From Bdellovibrionota bacterium (GTDB taxonomy: Bacteria > Bdellovibrionota_C > UBA2361 > JBIKWN01), in NCBI GenBank assembly GCA_044356295.1, contig JBIKWN010000001.1, positions 96,001 to 160,000 on the forward strand: a stretch of DNA of 64,000 bases, read 5' to 3'. Position numbers and translations under genes: made by a program. The notes beneath the pieces were generated by a model. The model was not told where the DNA came from, ran no database searches, and worked only from the letters and a program-made list of their open reading frames with translations. Below, in pieces: positions 61,115-64,000 of this stretch; the first letter of the stretch is position 1; each line of letters starts with the position of its first letter.

Positions 61115-63940
61115 ATGATGAATGAGCCAAATGTATCTTTTGAGTTGATGCTCACAAGCCCGTTATATGAATTTGGAGCTGGAAAGTCGGGGAAACGAGT
61201 CTCAGAAAGAAGACAACAGACAACTTTCGATTTTGAACAATATCTTACAAAACAATATAACGAAGCATTCGATGTAGCTAATGAGCTCTCACTAAAGTCT
61301 TTTCAAATATATTATCCAAACTTTGGAGCGTTTGAAAAATCTTCTTTATCAAACGACTTACATCATCTTTCTATTATTTCAGAAGTTGATGATAAACGCC
61401 TTTGGGTAAACGCTTTCCCAAAGGTACATCATGCTCATGCAGAATCTTGGTCACATAACGCCGTAAGTGAAGTTATCGAAACAGATGATTGTGAATCAAA
61501 ATTGATTGTATGTTGTGATGTTTTACCCTATGTCAAAGACCCTCGTGTTATTTTAAGGGTAATACGTTCTCTACTTCTAAAAAACGAAAAAAATATTTGT
61601 TTTCTATCAATTGATACAAAACATCGATGCGGATCTCCATATAGAATGTGGTCTTTTCTAGAGCTTCAAAGAGTCATTCTCTCTTCTGGTTTTCTGATTC
61701 AATCATCTCATGAAGGAGAGATAATTTCATTTGTCTTACGTTGTCCCACCGATGCCTATCAACGATTTCTCTCTCATGCTGGTTTTGAAACGCAGAATTT
61801 TTCTCTTACAAAACGTTTATTACTCACAACTGAACATCCAAGGGCAGGAAAAAGTGGTGGCATTGGCTCTTATTATCAAGAGATTCAAACTTTGGTTGGT
61901 TCAAATATTGCAGAAATTTGTTTTGTATCTCAACATTTAACGCCAACTCCTTTTGCTTTAAGTAATGAAAAAGTACTTGGTTTTGTTATTAATGATGATT
62001 CGTATGACGAATTAAATGATTCTGATATTGCTCTACTACTTGTAGAGCAGGCCCTCTTTTACTTACCAAATATTGAAGTTATTGAATATCAAGATTACCA
62101 GGGTATTGGAGGAAGGATTGTTCAAGCACGAAACGCAGGTCTTTTCCCTGCTGGAATTTCTCTTGAAGTTGGATGTCATGGAAGTATTTTGTATGTTGAA
62201 GCAGCTAATCAAAAGTGGTGCGGACACGAACATAATGAATTAATAACTCTTGAAAAGATTGCAATCGAAGGCGCAGATAGAGTTCGATTTCCTACAAAAT
62301 TCTTGCAACGTTTTTACCAGGAGCGTGGCTATCTGATTGATGTCGATAAAATTATCTTTGAACGTTATCCGTTTACAGTATCACCGAGAGTACCTGTTGA
62401 ATTTACAGATGTAGAGAGAATTGTATTTGTAGGTAAACAAAGCCCTATGAAAGGTTTCCCTGAATTCTTAGAGGTTATCTATGAATTAGTATCAAATAAC
62501 AAATTAACAGGATTACAAGAAATTGTATGTTTTGGTCCTGTTGTTGATATTTCACTCCTTGATAATCATCGAAAAGAGTTTTTAAAAACGAAACTTCGTT
62601 GGAGAGAAGAGTTCCTTGAAAGAGATATTGTACAGAGAGAATTAAAAAACCTTTCATCTAATTCAATAGCGTTTATCCCGTATCGAGGCGACAATCATCC
62701 TAATGTAATTTTAGAGATACTCAATTCAGGAATGCCACTTTTAGCTTTCTCAACAGGAGGAATTCCCGAATTAATACCTGAGTCTTCACATGGATTCTCA
62801 CTTTGTAAACCAACAATACATGATGCAAAAAATGCGCTTATAAATTTGTGGTTCTTGTCCACAGAAAAACGAAAAGACTTAGCTAATAATTCATATGAAC
62901 TCTTTAAGACAAACCAGGATGAGATTAACAAAGCTATTACTAAACGATATAGCGATTGTAGTCCTAAGATAACTAGAGAAATATCTTCATACATCGGAAG
63001 TGATTTCACATTTATTATTCCGACCTATAATACAAAAATTTCATATATCTTAGAGTTAATAGAATCTATAAATATCCAAAGCCAGATACCTAAAGAAGTA
63101 ATCTGGGTTGATGATGCATCAGATGAATCGTATGCCAATGAGCTTGAAGCAGTTATTAAACAGAATTTAAAACTTCCCTTTAGAATTATACGACATGCAC
63201 ATAATCTCGGTCTTTCAGGTGCCCGTAATACGGCTCTTAACTCATGTACTTCTGAGTTTTTAATCAATATAGACAGTGACGATATTATTACTCCTGATTT
63301 TTTATCAATCATTTCTAAAACATGTAATCTGAATCCAAAATCTTCTGTGATTGTCCCTTATCTTGAAGCTTTTGATGATGGTGACCAGTGGCAGACTTAC
63401 GATTCAACTCGTTATATTTATCGTCCTCTTGGACAAGGAATTATTTTTGGCCAACTTGAAAATCGTTTTGGACATGCAAATAGTGCATATCGAGTAAGCG
63501 ATATCAAAAGTGTAGGTGGATGGAATCAAGATAGTCGGGCAATGTGGGAGGATTGGGAGTTATTTGGGAAATTAGCTTGTACTGGTCGAACGATAACGAT
63601 TATTCCAACTATTGCCGTGCTCTATAGAGTACAGCCGAAAAGTATGGCACGAACCTATGCACGTTTTCCTGCAATGGAGAGAATTGTATTTGGACAAAAT
63701 TTATTACCACGATTTGAATCATTTCGACTTCAAGCAATGATGCGAGATTTTTTAGAACTTTCGGAATATCAAGAGCAATATGCAGAGCTCAAATCTGAAT
63801 ATGATGAAATGTCGAAGCAGTATAATAGACTTGCTCATCGATGCATGAAAATGATTATTTCATTTATCGAAAGATTGAATTTGGATTATATATATAAACA
63901 AATAAAGAATTCTCTCAAGAAAGCATCATCAGGTAAGTGA
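61115..63940 (+). CDS. Multidomain glycosyltransferase (degenerate MTase-like + GT4 + GT2 + coiled coil)
   Basis: GGIGSY, KGF, GGIPE (GT4); IPTYN, DDAS, ARN, DSDD, WED (GT2). Confidence 0.8.
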   Translation: MMNEPNVSFELMLTSPLYEFGAGKSGKRVSERRQQTTFDFEQYLTKQYNEAFDVANELSLKSFQIYYPNFGAFEKSSLSNDLHHLSIISEVDDKRLWVNAFPKVHHAHAESWSHNAVSEVIETDDCESKLIVCCDVLPYVKDPRVILRVIRSLLLKNEKNICFLSIDTKHRCGSPYRMWSFLELQRVILSSGFLIQSSHEGEIISFVLRCPTDAYQRFLSHAGFETQNFSLTKRLLLTTEHPRAGKSGGIGSYYQEIQTLVGSNIAEICFVSQHLTPTPFALSNEKVLGFVINDDSYDELNDSDIALLLVEQALFYLPNIEVIEYQDYQGIGGRIVQARNAGLFPAGISLEVGCHGSILYVEAANQKWCGHEHNELITLEKIAIEGADRVRFPTKFLQRFYQERGYLIDVDKIIFERYPFTVSPRVPVEFTDVERIVFVGKQSPMKGFPEFLEVIYELVSNNKLTGLQEIVCFGPVVDISLLDNHRKEFLKTKLRWREEFLERDIVQRELKNLSSNSIAFIPYRGDNHPNVILEILNSGMPLLAFSTGGIPELIPESSHGFSLCKPTIHDAKNALINLWFLSTEKRKDLANNSYELFKTNQDEINKAITKRYSDCSPKITREISSYIGSDFTFIIPTYNTKISYILELIESINIQSQIPKEVIWVDDASDESYANELEAVIKQNLKLPFRIIRHAHNLGLSGARNTALNSCTSEFLINIDSDDIITPDFLSIISKTCNLNPKSSVIVPYLEAFDDGDQWQTYDSTRYIYRPLGQGIIFGQLENRFGHANSAYRVSDIKSVGGWNQDSRAMWEDWELFGKLACTGRTITIIPTIAVLYRVQPKSMARTYARFPAMERIVFGQNLLPRFESFRLQAMMRDFLELSEYQEQYAELKSEYDEMSKQYNRLAHRCMKMIISFIERLNLDYIYKQIKNSLKKASSGK

Positions 63941-64000
63941 CAATTTGCTTTTAATGTATCTATACTAATGCGCTTTGATAAGCAGGATCTCGGTATAGCT

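Overview
AT-rich bacterial chromosomal segment carrying the replication origin region (dnaA-oriC-dnaN-recF-gyrB). The gene content (stand-alone atpB/atpE, A2-type cytochrome-c-fused oxidase, MlaEFDC) suggests a Gram-negative, possibly deltaproteobacteria/Bdellovibrionota-like organism; this is an inference. Housekeeping genes include trxB, glmU, icd, a double-length uvrA, sco-coxBACD, nadE, nrdAB, fur/perR-katG, uvrD, rlmE, fcl and galE. Features not evident from the ORF track: (i) an integrase-less integron cassette array (CALIN, about 45.5-47.9 kb) with attC sites, two of which have lost the invariant G; (ii) a minus-strand structured RNA candidate at about 33.0-33.27 kb with a near-perfect anti-16S Shine-Dalgarno, a 13-codon ORF, a predicted pseudoknot and a terminator; (iii) a Chlamydia-type class Ic (Mn/Fe) ribonucleotide reductase with three ATP cones, NrdR boxes and DnaA boxes; (iv) a CCGGTAA+DnaA-box composite motif shared by oriC and the nrdA promoter; (v) a decayed second glmU 5' end bracketing panE; (vi) several unannotated small ORFs. 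No rRNA, tRNA or CRISPR array was seen.
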